Source: Haliotis asinina
Lineage: Eukaryota
DNA length: 64,000 nucleotides
Direction of reading: 5' to 3'
Assembly: GCF_037392515.1 (NCBI RefSeq)
Contig: NC_090294.1
Coordinates: 14,283,038 to 14,347,037, forward strand
How positions within the stretch are numbered: the stretch's first letter is position 1; each line of letters opens with the position of its first letter. Shown one piece after another: positions 38,901-51,339 of this stretch. Under the pieces are notes generated by a model that did not search any database, was not told the origin of the DNA, and saw only the letters and a program-made list of their open reading frames with translations. The translations under genes and the position numbers were made by a program.

Positions 38901-40429
38901 CTGGAGGTACGTAAGTCCCCATGGTCCCTAGCATGACGATCTACATTCAGCTACTGGTGGTATGTTGTCCGCCTATGTGCTCATTACTATCTGTTCTTCT
39001 AAATACTATCAAATAGTTATGACTTCTAACTGTGATAATCCGTTTATTCTACTATCCATAGATGACAGGTTTTATTCCTTGTATTTACGAGGGGACGTCA
39101 AAAGGTAGTGAGCCTCACCACGACAGTGACATAAGCTATGTTATGTTTTTTTCCTACATAATAACTGTCAACCTCAAGCAGATCGGTTTGTCATGTGTCA
39201 GCCTCACGATCCCTATTATGTTTGACTTTTTTTCTTTGGGTACAAAAAAACCCCTGCAAAATCTGCATCGCAAACTTTAGCAAACAAAATATGTAAGAAA
39301 CATTTCGTGTGTTTGAGCTAGGTAGACGTCCGCTAAATCCAATTTGAAACTACAATCGCTTGTTAAAGTGACTCTCCCTTCATGTTTACTGAAAGAGCTT
39401 GTTTTGGAGACACTACCCAGCCCCTTCCAGATGACTTCATCATAAGGACAGGCCCTGTCTAAATCTAAATCAAGCAATCCAATTCTTTGGCTGTTGATTA
39501 TGACGGGAATACATTCAATACCATTCTGAGCGTAGGTACCTAATGGCATATCGTTTTCATTTCCTGCAATTATTTTACAAATAGTATAGCACAGTGTATT
39601 GTGACAACTCACATCTCGTGAATTACATTACCAACACATGTGAAACTTTGGACATGGCTTTGCTAATGAACCCTTCACAATAAAAATGAAACTTTACAAA
39701 CATTGAACATCGAAAATAGAGTTAGGTTCACTACTTTGGATCTCCCTTCGTAGTCTTAAGATTCAAATTCTCGTCTCGATATGGCACTACCCCACCCACA
39801 TCTCGAGGTTATTGTTATGTTTTTGCTGACGACCACAGCTGACCAGCATTCATTCATCACGTTCCAACGCGATTCATCATTGCCGCTTGCCCTGTTTGGG
39901 TACATGGCCACAATAAATTCGTGAAATATCTGCAACAGACACAAATACCGCGACGGTTTAGTAAATAAGCAAACCCACGCAATGCCGTCAAGGTGCGTGA
40001 TGCTAGTATGCTAGTATCAATCATAAGAGATGCCCTTCGTGCTGTGAGTGCCTATATATCTCTTGTTAGAAATCGAACGTTTCAGCAGATATATTCAGCA
40101 GAATAGTTCTGGGTCCGGATCCACAAAGCGTTCGTAAATCTACGACCTGTCGTAACTCTATCGTACATCATAGACGTACGAACATTGGACATCGAGTATA
40201 TGAACGTTTTCTGGATTGGGATCCTGCCCTTTATCTAAAATAGCCTTTCTTTCTTATTACATCTGTACTGCAGATACATCAGCTTCATGAGGTTGGAATG
40301 TAGATTTACAAGAAAATAAGAAGCTCTCGTGAAACGACACCCTGGAATATATTTAATGATGGTGGGAAATAGAATCTAATGAAAATGTAATGAGAATCTC
40401 CACTGCAGAGAAACACAGTTTCATATAAA

Positions 40430-40920
40430 GGTCAGTGTTAACCCCTTCATAGCAAACGCCAAAGACAACAGCACAAACATCAACAGCGCCGCTAGCGTCG
40501 TCCTCCCACGTCCGGCAAGCATTCGCTGACAAGATCTGACACTTTCGAGAAACTGTCAGTTCAGTGGAGATTATCACTGACAGTTTATATTATTATACTT
40601 CAACTTGTTCTCATTGTGTATTTCAGTACAGGCCAGGATCACCTTCCCCATCCATATTTGATTACAAAGTATATATTACAATTCGAAAGAAGGAAAGAAG
40701 CGAATTGTTTTTCAGACCTTCATCCTCATTTGGCCCCAATGAAACTTGATGTGGCAATCATTTTCTTTAGGCTAATTCAAACTGATTTCAGATTTGACGT
40801 TGAAAATAGCCATGGACAAGCAATAAACACGACAGTTTCTGTGTCCGTTACAAATTAATTTGTTTCGGAGGAAATTGGATCCTTGATCCGCGGTTTCATT
40901 TGATTTCGATCAATACATTT
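40430..40920 (+). repeat. dispersed repeat R6, copy 1
   Basis: …caacagcgccgctagcgtcgtcc…ccatatttgattacaaagtat…ctaattcaaactgatttcagatttgacgttgaaaatag…aaacacgacag…acaaattaatttgtttcggaggaaattggat… all have counterparts in 58150-58625. ORFs 40616-40858 and 58366-58623 share …IFF/IFL-S/R-L-I/V-QTDF-R/G-FDV-E/Q-NS…. Confidence 0.65.
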
Positions 40921-41533
40921 TTTACCACAGTGACAGAAAGTTCGATTAGGAAAACTGGTTCTTTCTATCAGGTGGACCAAAATGGCCTTAAAGTGCTATA
41001 AAAGAAATAAGCTTTGTTATCACTCAGACACTGATACCAAACTGAAATGTCAAAAAATGGGTGAATCAATTTTTACAGCGAAACTGAATCGCTACTGTAG
41101 TCAGAATTGTATTTTATGTAAAATATAGTTATTAATGGTGAGGTAGTGTAGTGACATTGTTTACCTGTGTACGGAGTGTATACCGCTGTGACTGTGGATC
41201 CCACAAGAACGCATTGTTCCATGTCTGTACTGTTTTAATGAGAATATATTGTCACGGGAATAACAAATCTAACATATTTTCGTAGTATGGCATTTGTGAC
41301 GAATAATACCGAGCCTAAGGTTACGTAGTTCCAATTTTCATGAACATTATCTGCCAAGCTGTTCATATGCTGGACACATCCTCGACAAGTGTGCTCAACA
41401 TGTAGTGATACAGTAGTACATTAGCTACGTTGTTTGACATAAACATAGCTTTGTTTTGTATCTTTGTCGGTGTCAAGGTTTACCTAGTTTTAAGATACTT
41501 GCTGAAAACATCAGTCATGGTCCGACAGGACCT

Positions 41534-41596
41534 ATATGTATATGTATGTTTGCGTGTGTATGTGCGTACGTGTGCGCGTGCGAGTGTGCGTGTGTC
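41534..41596. repeat. GT/GCGT-rich low-complexity tract
   Basis: tatatgtatatgtatgtttgcgtgtgtatgtgcgtacgtgtgcgcgtgcgagtgtgcgtgtgtcg. Confidence 0.85.
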
Positions 41597-42039
41597 GTAG
41601 TTTATTGATTCTAATTTATGAAAATGTTTTGAAGCGAAGGAAACTATTGCCTTAACCATTTTGACAAAAGGTAATCGTACCCTGAAGCCGCGTAGTACTT
41701 CTTTCACTTGAAAGCGGATTGTAAAGGGACAAGAGTTATTCACTAATATGAGACACGACAGCTGTGTAGAAGTGCAGATTTTACGATGCTTGGTGTTTAC
41801 ACAGCACTGTCGTGGTTATTATTATTAAACAAGTGAACAAACAAATCCACATGTGTCGCATAAAAACCTGTTCCAAGCGTTTTCCTACATTTACTTCATC
41901 TGACTTTTGCAATTTTGATTCACGTCTTTATGATCCACGTTTCTACGTCGTCTGTGCTCATACTGTCTAACTGTCTGCCAAAATCAGGTTTCCGGAGCAA
42001 AAAAAATACATTTCTTTGTGTTGAATTGTACAACAACGA

Positions 42040-42280
42040 CCAAAGCATATAAATGATAAAGTTGTTACACATCAGTTCTGTCATACACTTTTTAAATCGA
42101 CATCAACAGGCTTTTAAAAAATGGCAAAGAATCAGATAACAGGAGAAAATACACATATTACCCGAAGAACACTGTAATTGTTTCATCCACTACAATTCAC
42201 ATGAAAAAAGAACGAAAATTTCTTTCACTGTATTGATCGGTCAGTGAGAGAAAAAGGGTGCACTTTTATTTTGTTGTTAT
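42040..42280. repeat. R4, copy 2 (partial)
   Basis: cgacatcaacaggc… then aagaacactgtaattgtttcatccactacaattcacatgaaaaaag matches 33560-33700 and 51700-51800. Confidence 0.5.
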
Positions 42281-42321
42281 CAGCAATCTGACAAAAGCAA
42301 GGTGTCAAAAGATTGTTCACT

Positions 42322-42420
42322 GAATTAACATGCCATTTTATATTTCTTGCTGAAGATAAATATACGGGGACTGTTTCTTCGGCAAGAAATATAAAATGGT
42401 AGTATGTGACTTGTTAATTC
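42322..42420. repeat. hairpin with ~24-34-bp arms
   Basis: gaattaacatgccattttatatttcttgctgaag against cttcggcaagaaatataaaatgg…cttgttaattc. Confidence 0.7.
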
Positions 42421-42471
42421 ATATATGAAATGAAACCCAATTAATCTTACATATCAGTGATCGTCTTCAAA

Positions 42472-42535
42472 GACACAGGCACAGACAGAGACACACACAG
42501 ACAGACAGACAGACAGACAAACACACACACATATA
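42472..42535. repeat. (CAGA)n / (CA)n microsatellite
   Basis: acacaggcacagacagagacacacacagacagacagacagacagacaaacacacacacatatatat. Confidence 0.9.
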
Positions 42536-44094
42536 TATGAACTTCAGTTCATTGCCTGAATTTCTACTAAACTATAACCAGTGCTTTATTTGGGATCACA
42601 CTTACTCAGTAATGTACAGATTGTTTTATTCTTTCCTGAATCCCATCCGCTAGTCGAATGCACGCTGTCAGGTTGAAGCACCCAAGCGCCAGCAGAAACG
42701 ATGAGCTGTCTGAATGCATAGCCCTAGCGGCTTCCATGGAAATTGAGGTCTGACTGGCAATCTAGATCACGTATTTTGTGTATCCCTTTTACAAGTGCAA
42801 GTAATTGACAGGGCTCTCATGACCGACACTGTGAAAGAAAATGCCCTTTAAAAAGTGGTTATATGCATATATTTTTGTTTCAGTTGGTCGACTGATTCAT
42901 GTTAATGTTGACAGGGTATTCCCTTTCAGTTTCCATGACACTTATGCAATCTTAAACCAATATATACTTAATGGGTGTATTTCTAGATTAAACGAATCTG
43001 TGTAGATTGAAATTATAGCAAATGAGATTGTTTGTGCCTTGATCTTCAAAGGAGGCTGAAGTAGTGTCAAATTATTGTCCTCTCGAGAATGCACCTACGT
43101 TAAGAAGCATTTTAAGTTAATTTAAGCTTACCAGAGTATTTTTGTGATTAAATTAAAGCTAAAATTGACTACAATCGACAGCGGCTGAATGAATGATACA
43201 AATCAAGCTAGGGTCCAAGCAGGTAGCAAAGGTACTGTAAGTCCCAATGGTGCCTTGTATGGTGATCTTCAGTCGCTAGTGATCTTTGGCTCATTACAAT
43301 TCTGTATTGTACATGGAAGAGGTTTGATTTTAAAGTTCGAGGCTAGTTTTACTGATCTATTGGTGATTACCTAGTCATTTAACTGTCCTTTGCGGACAGA
43401 GTTAATAATAGATCTTTATCTGTTATTAATGAATGAATTGTTTTAGTCACTGTGTGGCTGAAATATTGCCGGTGTGAATGTAATGTTATCTCTCTTCATT
43501 TCATGAATTATCTAAGAATTATTCACAGGTGTAAACTGATACTTAAACACCTAATGGAGACATTTGAGTTCCACAGTGTTGCTACCGCAATGCTCAACAG
43601 ACAGTAAAACTCATTGTCGAGAAACGGAGAATAGGAAACATTCAAAGCAAGAAAATATGAACAATCAAGATTCTTGAGAAACAAAATCCCGAGAGGTTTG
43701 CTGTTACTAATTAGTTTCCCAAGGAAGACTGGAAAGCGTGGATTTCAGATGTCCAAAGACATAATACAGCGCACAATGCGGAGTCCAGCGATGGTTATGT
43801 TTCCATTAATATGATCACATTATAGTTTTCGAGATCTCACGACTGTCAATTATGGATCGTATTCGCTTGATTGAATATTTTCCTGGAGATAGATCGTCCA
43901 GTAAATTCTGTAATGTATCGACATATGACAGTAACCGACAATAAAGTAATCAAAATGTGATTATCAGGTAATTGTATTTTAAGTGTCCGAGAATTTCAGC
44001 ACAACGCAGGGGTATCGAAAAGCCGTTGTCAGGTTGTGCCAAATAGACGACATTTACACTGGATGCATCTCACTGGCGATAATTTCTCGTCTTT

Positions 44095-44265
44095 ACGCCT
44101 TTGCTTGAGTTTCTGTGGCTGCCAGATAATCCTGGATGGAGACCACCACAAAATGAAATGTAAAACTGCACAGTCCAGTTTCAAACGTATGTCTGCAGAG
44201 AGTCTAATGCTGATAATACATATGTACACCACAAGTTGTCTCAGGTGTATTTCACATGTGCCTAA
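44095..44265 (+). repeat. R5, copy 2
   Basis: gcctttgcttgagtttctgtggctgccagataatc…tttcaaacgtatgtctgcagagagtctaatgctgataatacat…caagttgtctcaggtgtatttc. Confidence 0.6.
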
Positions 44266-44830
44266 AGGGATGTATCGTTAATAAGAGTTGATGCTTCATA
44301 CATAGTAAGGTATAATGTTCCAGACTATTGGGCGTTAATGTACATATATATCAGGACTAGATTATTCATACTGTCAGTTTCGTTTTATAGATGGGCTTTT
44401 GGGGGTGCCTTATTGAAAGCACATGTAGTGAAAGAATTTGTAAGAGTGTTTCTGTGAATGCGTGCGTGCATGCGTGCATGCTTGTGCATATCGAGGTGTA
44501 TATCTTCCTCTAATGAGAGTAATGTTTCATCCTTTTAACAAAGGGCCCTTACACCACTCTCACATGTTACACTTTGACAATTAAAGCGTTCGTGCATCAT
44601 GAGATCATTAAGCAACTAACCATCTGCTTCCTTTGACAGCTGGACCAGATTTCCGTCGCCAAATGCCATTTGACATTTCACAGGATTTATCGATCTCAAT
44701 AAACACTAGGGAAGAACAAATCACCTCGAAGTGCTTCACCATTCAAAAACGACTTCTTCACACATCAGACCCTAAGTCAGTCATTACTTATCTCACAAGA
44801 AGCATATTGCAAATGAATTTGTTAGGGAAT

Positions 44831-45393
44831 ATAAAGTGGAATAGTATGTTTACTGATCTTCTATTACATTTCAAAACATTCTGTCTCACGTCTATATTGA
44901 CAATTATTTAATGGTCCTATTTCTATAAAGTGGAATAGTATGTTTACTGATCCTCTGTTACATTTCAAAACATTCTGTCTCACGTCTATATTGACAATTA
45001 TTTAACGGTCCTATTTCTATAAAGTGGAATAGTATGTTTACTGATCCTCTGTTACATATCAACACATTCTGTCTCACGTCTATATTGACAATTATTTAAC
45101 GGTCCTATTTCTATAAAGTGGAATAGTATGTTTACTGATCCTCTGTTACATTCCAAAACATTCTGTCTCACGTCTATATTGACAATTATTTAATGGTCCT
45201 ATTTCTATAAAGTGGAATAGTATGTTTACTGATCCTCTGTTACATTCCAAAACATTCTGTCTCACGTCTATATTGACAATTATTTAATGGTCCTATTTCT
45301 ATAACGTGGGATAGTATGTTTACTGATCCTCTGTTACATTTCAAAACATTCTGTCTCACGTCTATATTGACAATTATTTAATGGTCCTATTTC
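44831..45393. repeat. minisatellite, ~94-bp unit x ~6
   Basis: Unit tctatattgacaattatttaa[t/c]ggtcctatttctataa[a/c]gtgg[a/g]atagtatgtttactgatcctctgttacatt[t/c]caaaacattctgtctcacg repeated head to tail with a few substitutions. Confidence 0.9.
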
Positions 45394-45700
45394 AACATGT
45401 TTAAGGAAATTTTAAATGATTTATTTGCACATGACGAACTGTATCTGTAACATATAATTCCTCTGCATCTCATTTACCTGCAGGTTGGTTGGGTTGAAGA
45501 GATTCGTGAGTAAGCGCTCTTCCTAAGCCATAATTATTAATGATATTGCTGATCGGACATGTCGAACTAAATATAAATAATACATACATAATACATAATT
45601 AGATGCTGGACAGTCAGAGCACTGGATATATAGAGAATATGTAGAATATATAGAGATATGTGATACTGTGTATATGTGTTTCTTTAGAAACCATCATATA

Positions 45701-45833
45701 GACATTTGATTTAGATACTTTTGACATTTGATTTAGATACTTTTGACATTTGATTTAGACACTTTTGACATTTGATTTAAATACTTTTGACATTTGATTT
45801 AGATACTTTTGACATTTGATTTAGACACTTTTG
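45701..45833. repeat. minisatellite, 22-bp unit x 6
   Basis: gacatttgatttagatactttt repeated, with variants gacac and aatac. Confidence 0.9.
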
Positions 45834-46689
45834 TTCACCAGTTTATTAGTTTCAATCCAAAGAGATACTGAATATGTGATACGGATTTTGTTTTTCTCGT
45901 GCAAGAGAACATAACTGGATCTATAAGTGGATTCACGTTATTGTTATGTACCATCCAAAGACGCCTGTTCATCCAGCACATGCGTGAGACAACCACTGTA
46001 CGACTATGGAAACATTTCAGTTTTCAACCGGTGTAATCGATAACGTGTTGCTTTTTCCGTTACCCTTGGGGAACTTTAAATTGAGTGAGCATAACTCACC
46101 AAACTTTTAAAGTCATTATTGTCGTAGTAGTGGGCTGTAATGGAGCAAGTAAGAACAAGCAGTTAGAAAAAAATGCGGGAAATCTATGAACAAAAACGGT
46201 TTGAAGCGTGTTATTTCACAAAAGATTTCTTTTCGGGTTTACATTGTCAAGAAATACAACATCTGCAAGAAACATTGATGCATATTACACCCAGTATCAT
46301 TCCAGGGATAAACTGTATGGTTAATTATCCCTATATGTGCACGGTCAATTTTGAATGTGTATTTTCTGACCACTTATCTTTGGTTCAGGAAACTTTACGC
46401 CATTTGTTCATTGAATATATTCAAAGGTCACTTAGAGCTCAACCGATATGAATATCGCACTTTGGTCACCTTTAGCTGTTTAAACTAGTGTCACATACAT
46501 ATACAAGAGTAAGGTGGAATAGCGCTGTTTGGAGTAGTATTAGCGATAAATCTTGGCGTACAAGTTTCATAAAGGATGAAGATGGATTTTTAGGAATAGT
46601 AATACTGTTAACGATGGAGGGAAGGTAAACCTTTGAACAGGAACACCAGTCTCTTTGCAGAGAACAGGGAATGTGATGCCATGCAATTC

Positions 46690-46890
46690 AGTACAATCGA
46701 CGACAATATCGACAGCGCCGTCCCCGGCCATAACTCTGTCTGCCTTGCCTTCGCAGACAAGATGTGACACTTCGATTCACTTTAGATTTAAAATATTTCA
46801 ACTAAGGAGCCTCGTGGTCCATATTTCTGTACGGCTCGGTATCACTTTCACGAACCATATTTGATTACAAAGTATTTGTTAAATTGATGC
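46690..46890 (+). repeat. R6, copy 2 (partial)
   Basis: …atcgacagcgccgtccccgg… and …ccatatttgattacaaagtat… match 40480-40670 and 58225-58400. Confidence 0.45.
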
Positions 46891-47159
46891 AAAGAAAAGA
46901 CTGACGTTTTCTTTTGCGATTTTATACAACATTATCCGCTGGCCAAGGGGAACTTCATAATCATGTAACTTTCCAGAAATCAGCCACAAGATTATTAAAG
47001 GCAACTGAAACTAGTATAGCTGCCTTCTGCTCTACATATTCCAGTATCGCCTCCACGATCCATAGTTTATAACAACGTACATGTGACAATTCATAAAAAG
47101 AGTTACTTCATTTACTTTCAGATGTTAGTTAGGAGATAAGCATCATATGTTCATCATGT

Positions 47160-47228
47160 GAAGCACGGGAATGTTTCATTTGAAACCTCCGGCTGACGCC
47201 GTCGGTTCCAAATGCATTCCCGTGCTTC
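47160..47228. repeat. imperfect hairpin (gaagcacgggaatg… …cattcccgtgcttc)
   Basis: gaagcacgggaatgtttcatttgaaacctccggctgacgccgtcggttccaaatgcattcccgtgcttc. The arms pair with a few indels. Confidence 0.6.
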
Positions 47229-47260
47229 AAATAATCAATAACACCCGGAAATTGGCCAAC

Positions 47261-47450
47261 ACATGATGTTTATCGACATTGTAAACACAAAAGTAAACCA
47301 AAGGGTTTTACTGTCTGCACTCGTTTTCATCGAGTATGGGTACAGCAGTGAAGTCACATCAGCAGGCCGTTTCAGCTGGTTCCCATGGTAGCATCTGGAG
47401 TTGCTCATTTGTGACGTCAATCTGACTTTACGTCACAATTTGATGTAATT
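47261..47450 (+). repeat. dispersed ~190-bp repeat, copy 1 (contains TGTGACGTCA…ACGTCACA)
   Basis: ggccaacacatgatgtttatcgacattgtaaacacaaaagtaaaccaaagggttttactgtctgcactcgtttt… about 92% identical to 49088-49290. Confidence 0.75.
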
Positions 47451-48186
47451 AAATATTTTTATTGTGTTCATTAAAATTCTGGCAATCTGATTGGTTAACT
47501 GGGAACATTTCTTTTGATTTCATTTCCCAATGAATCTGAAACCGGACTTCTTTCGGACTTGAGGAATGTCGGGGAATACCTTTACACAGCGAGGGAATTC
47601 CCTTGCACTCGGGTACATTAATGAACTTTGGGTAAACATTGAAGTGATACGTTGTGGTTAACATGAACAAACAACTCAAAATTATCCTTGAACGTTAATA
47701 ACGTTGCAACGCCTCGACAAGAGCATGCGCACGTTGGAACATCAGTTCATGGCATCGCAATCCCAATCACATCACAGCCTCTTTCTACTTGCGCAAATAC
47801 TACAATCTCAGTTCCACTAATTTCATATCATTTCCAATTCTCACTTTTCAAACTGTCTCTTTCAGTTCGCAGGCAGTAGTTCAAACGTTTGAACTTGAAA
47901 CTTTGCCGATACCGTCACGTTGAGTTGTTCCACTCTGATTCGCCGACCGATGTTAGTTTGGTTGATTGACAGCTGTTTGGGGGTGCTCTATGCTGATTGG
48001 CTAATGGTTTGGTAGGCGTGTCATTTTATGTAAATGAGTCACCTGAGTCATGTCATGCCATTACCGAATTCTTACACCGAAAATGTTAATCGTTGGTAAC
48101 AAAGATATCTGTTTCGATGAATTTGATTATGTTTAAAGAAAATATTGTTGAAAGGGTATAGTATTTGTTACTTAATTTAATTAAAA

Positions 48187-48340
48187 GGATTGACTGTGTA
48201 TTTCTTTCGTTGCATTGAATTATGAAACTAAAAACCAAAGTGCACACTTTTGTAAGAATCCGCTACGAGGATTCACACAGTTTACACACTGGTTTTTAGT
48301 TTCATACTTCAATGCAACGAAAGAAATACACAGTCAATCC
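48187..48340. repeat. long near-perfect inverted repeat (51-bp arms, 52-bp loop)
   Basis: ggattgactgtgtatttctttcgttgcattgaattatgaaactaaaaacca at 48187-48237 against tggtttttagtttcatacttcaatgcaacgaaagaaatacacagtcaatcc at 48290-48340. The second is the exact reverse complement except at one position. Confidence 0.85.
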
Positions 48341-48440
48341 TTAAGTGAATAGTCTTGCAGTTTCCGAGAATCTAATACCATTTGATCATGTTTTCCAACC
48401 AGTCCGATTACAGAACACAGTGTCTTTTTGTTTACAATTA
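48340..48440 (+). repeat. ~100-bp repeat, copy 1
   Basis: cagtttccgagaatctaataccatttgatcatgttttccaaccagtccgattacagaacacagtgtctttttgtttacaat against 49340-49440 (…caaccaatcagattacagaacacagtggcttttggtttacaat). Confidence 0.7.
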
Positions 48441-49087
48441 AGGATGCATCATGACGCAATCATATACTTAGACTATCCAAACCTGATTATAAATCTGAGG
48501 TTCGAAATAACAAAGTAAGAGCTATAAACATGACGGTTTCTCTGTTTTTGATGCAGATAATTTGTGTCGGAAAGAAATGAGAATTATGTATCACTGTGTT
48601 CAAATTTATCGCGATCAATAAATTTCCACACAGACAAGGAAATTTTAAGTATCGATCTAGAAAACCCGTCGTCTCTATCACGTAATCAGCCATGGTCCCC
48701 CTAAGCTGTCTCCTGCATGACCTCAATATGTTATTAGTGTAAGAAAATGTGTTTTCAATCCGACCGTGACAACTCCAATGTTAAGGCGCACTAACATCTC
48801 AAGCTTAGGGACCTAAGTGACTTCCCACTTATAAACTTCATGTTATAAATGAGAATGACCGCAGTTGAACAAGTGGACAGTCGCTAAAAACATCCCAGTG
48901 TCATTGAATGTACTCTCGTGATCTTCCCTAAGGGAGCAATTGTGCAAGTGGTTCATTCAAATTCAAAACGAACAAAGCGTCTAGAGATACGTAATATAGC
49001 ATGACTGAATTAGGAGAAAACCATAATGTGTTGGCCATTTTCCGGGTGTTATTGAGTATTTGAAGCAGGGGAATGCATTTGGAACCG

Positions 49088-49290
49088 ACGGCCAACACAT
49101 GATGTTTATCGACATTGTAAACACAAAAGTAAACCAAAGGGTTTTACTGTCTGCACTCGTTTACATCGAGTATGGGTTCAGGAGTGAAGTGTTCCAGCTG
49201 GTTCCCATATTAGCATCTAGAGTTGCTCATTTGTGACGTCATTCTCACTTCACGTCACAATATGATTTGAATGACGTCACCACTGTTGAT
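49088..49290 (+). repeat. dispersed ~190-bp repeat, copy 2
   Basis: See copy 1. The 50 bp immediately upstream (49041-49090) is the reverse complement of 47199-47248. Confidence 0.75.
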
Positions 49291-49339
49291 GACACAAGAA
49301 AACAATTGTTTGCGACGTTTCTACGTGTTAATACGCAGT

Positions 49340-49440
49340 GAATTGTCTTTCAGTTTCCGGGAATCTAATACCATTTGATCATGTTTTTCAACCAATCAGA
49401 TTACAGAACACAGTGGCTTTTGGTTTACAATGGGTCTATA
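49340..49440 (+). repeat. ~100-bp repeat, copy 2
   Basis: See 48340-48440. Confidence 0.7.
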
Positions 49441-51339
49441 GAAACCAAGAATACACTTACCGTGAATAAAGTGTGTTAGTTTCGTTTTTCTCTGCTTCCA
49501 GCATTATTCCAGTAATATCAGGGCGGGGGCGTTGCAAGATGATGTTTTATCCGGTCAGTCCGAGTAAAACTATCCCCCAAAGAATTTAACTCTGACTCAA
49601 AAATATTATCCTCAAACCGTCACTAATTAAAATGGAAAAACAAATTGTAAAATATTTTTAAAACTTTTGATTATGAAATAAAAAATGTTTAAATTAACTT
49701 GTTAGGTTTTTGACTGTACCTGAGAATGTGTTCTGTATAGAAATAAAATTATTAACATGATTTTTATTACAAGAATGCAGTCTGAGAGAACAGTCTGTGG
49801 TCAATATAAGCTACCAATTTGACTCATAAACCACCTATTGGCTGAGAAGGTATTTCTTCAATGGTGCATTCCCACAATGTAAAAGCAAAAGTGTGTAATA
49901 TATGAAGTACTGCAAATTGAGAAGGAGAATACCAGACGTATGGTGAACAGTATCTCAACCACTGCCGGCATCCATCAGCAACACATTCAAAACATGCCAC
50001 CTGGCCACCGGAGCATAGACACACATAGTACAAGTAAAATAGGACTCTGAATCGGAATGTATTTCTGTAATGTCTTCAACATGTTGTCCACAAACCATTA
50101 CTTTGGCCGTGAATGCTTACCAAAGAATTTTTAAGCTGGATTCGTAAATATGCTTTATAGAATGCTCATCCAAGACTTTATGAGTCAGTGTCATTACTGA
50201 TGACACTGATGACTCTGTACGTTAAGTGTACAGGTGGGATCCGCCAACAACACATGCAGTAGCAAGTAAGATGTACACATGAACCATATACAAACATACG
50301 GTACAGGTTAAAATAGGAGATTGAGTCGGAAGGCCTTTCCTTTACTGATGGGCTAGGCCGTGAATATTGAAAACACAACCTTTAACCAAAGTTGAAAAAT
50401 ACTGCAGTCTTTGACGTCTCCCAAGACAGAGCATGGCTGAATACAACTTAATTAAAGCTGTGAAATATGGACATACTGGTCAGGAGTGTGCTTGACATAA
50501 GGGAACCTTTACTTTTGAAAACGTAAAGTCCTCTCTCTTGACATACGGACTTGCATTTGGTTGGTCTGAACAAGCATGGATCGAAAGACGAAAGACGATT
50601 TTGTATCATGTTGTCAAGGTTTCAAGGACTGCTTGTATCTGATGGTAAGGTCTCATCGCATTGCTGTTAATGACAACATGGACTTAAGTGAGCATCCCAT
50701 GGTAATTACGTAAGCTCAAGAGGCAAAACTCTTCGTTAATAAAATATATTTATGTCCATGAAAGGATATCAGGCCTACATTAATTACCTACGTTGTTTGC
50801 CACAATGTTGATTTGGTAAAAAATGTAGGACTTGTGTATATTGCATAGTCCTTGGTACCAAAGTTTACTAGTTTTTTGCATGTTCACAAACAGTATCAAT
50901 CATGTACTGACTGACACGATCTATGTTTGGTTTTATTACAGTAAAGTGGAACTGTTTTGTGAAACTGACATTTGGTACTGATATTGATTCAGATCGATCA
51001 AGCAACCATTTGGCTGAAATATTTCTATGGCAATGATGTTATTACACAATGCCGAACTTCATTGATTAGTGATGTACGACAGTACGTTTCATCAACTTCT
51101 CAAGGCTGTTTGTCCTGGCATTGACTAGAGGGGAAGGGTGAAGATTTCATACTGCAAAAGATTTGACGTTCCAATTAACCTTACCTAACCTTCAGATCTT
51201 TCGTCTGCGTGTACATGAGATAGCATATTGATTAGTTTCGGTTAACATTTGCATTTTCCTGCTTATCACAAATCGAATGTTACACGTACTTTTAAAATTA
51301 TTTCGCACTATTTCAAATATAGTTGTCAAATAACGTAAT

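Noticed and set aside
39277-39612. 111-aa minus-strand ORF (…IIAGNENDMPLGTYAQNGIECIPVIINSQRIGLLDLDLDRACPYDEVIWKGLGS…) that reads somewhat protein-like
   Set aside because: I do not recognise a domain. There is no supporting repeat copy or splice-site context. It might be a TE protein fragment, but I cannot support a call.
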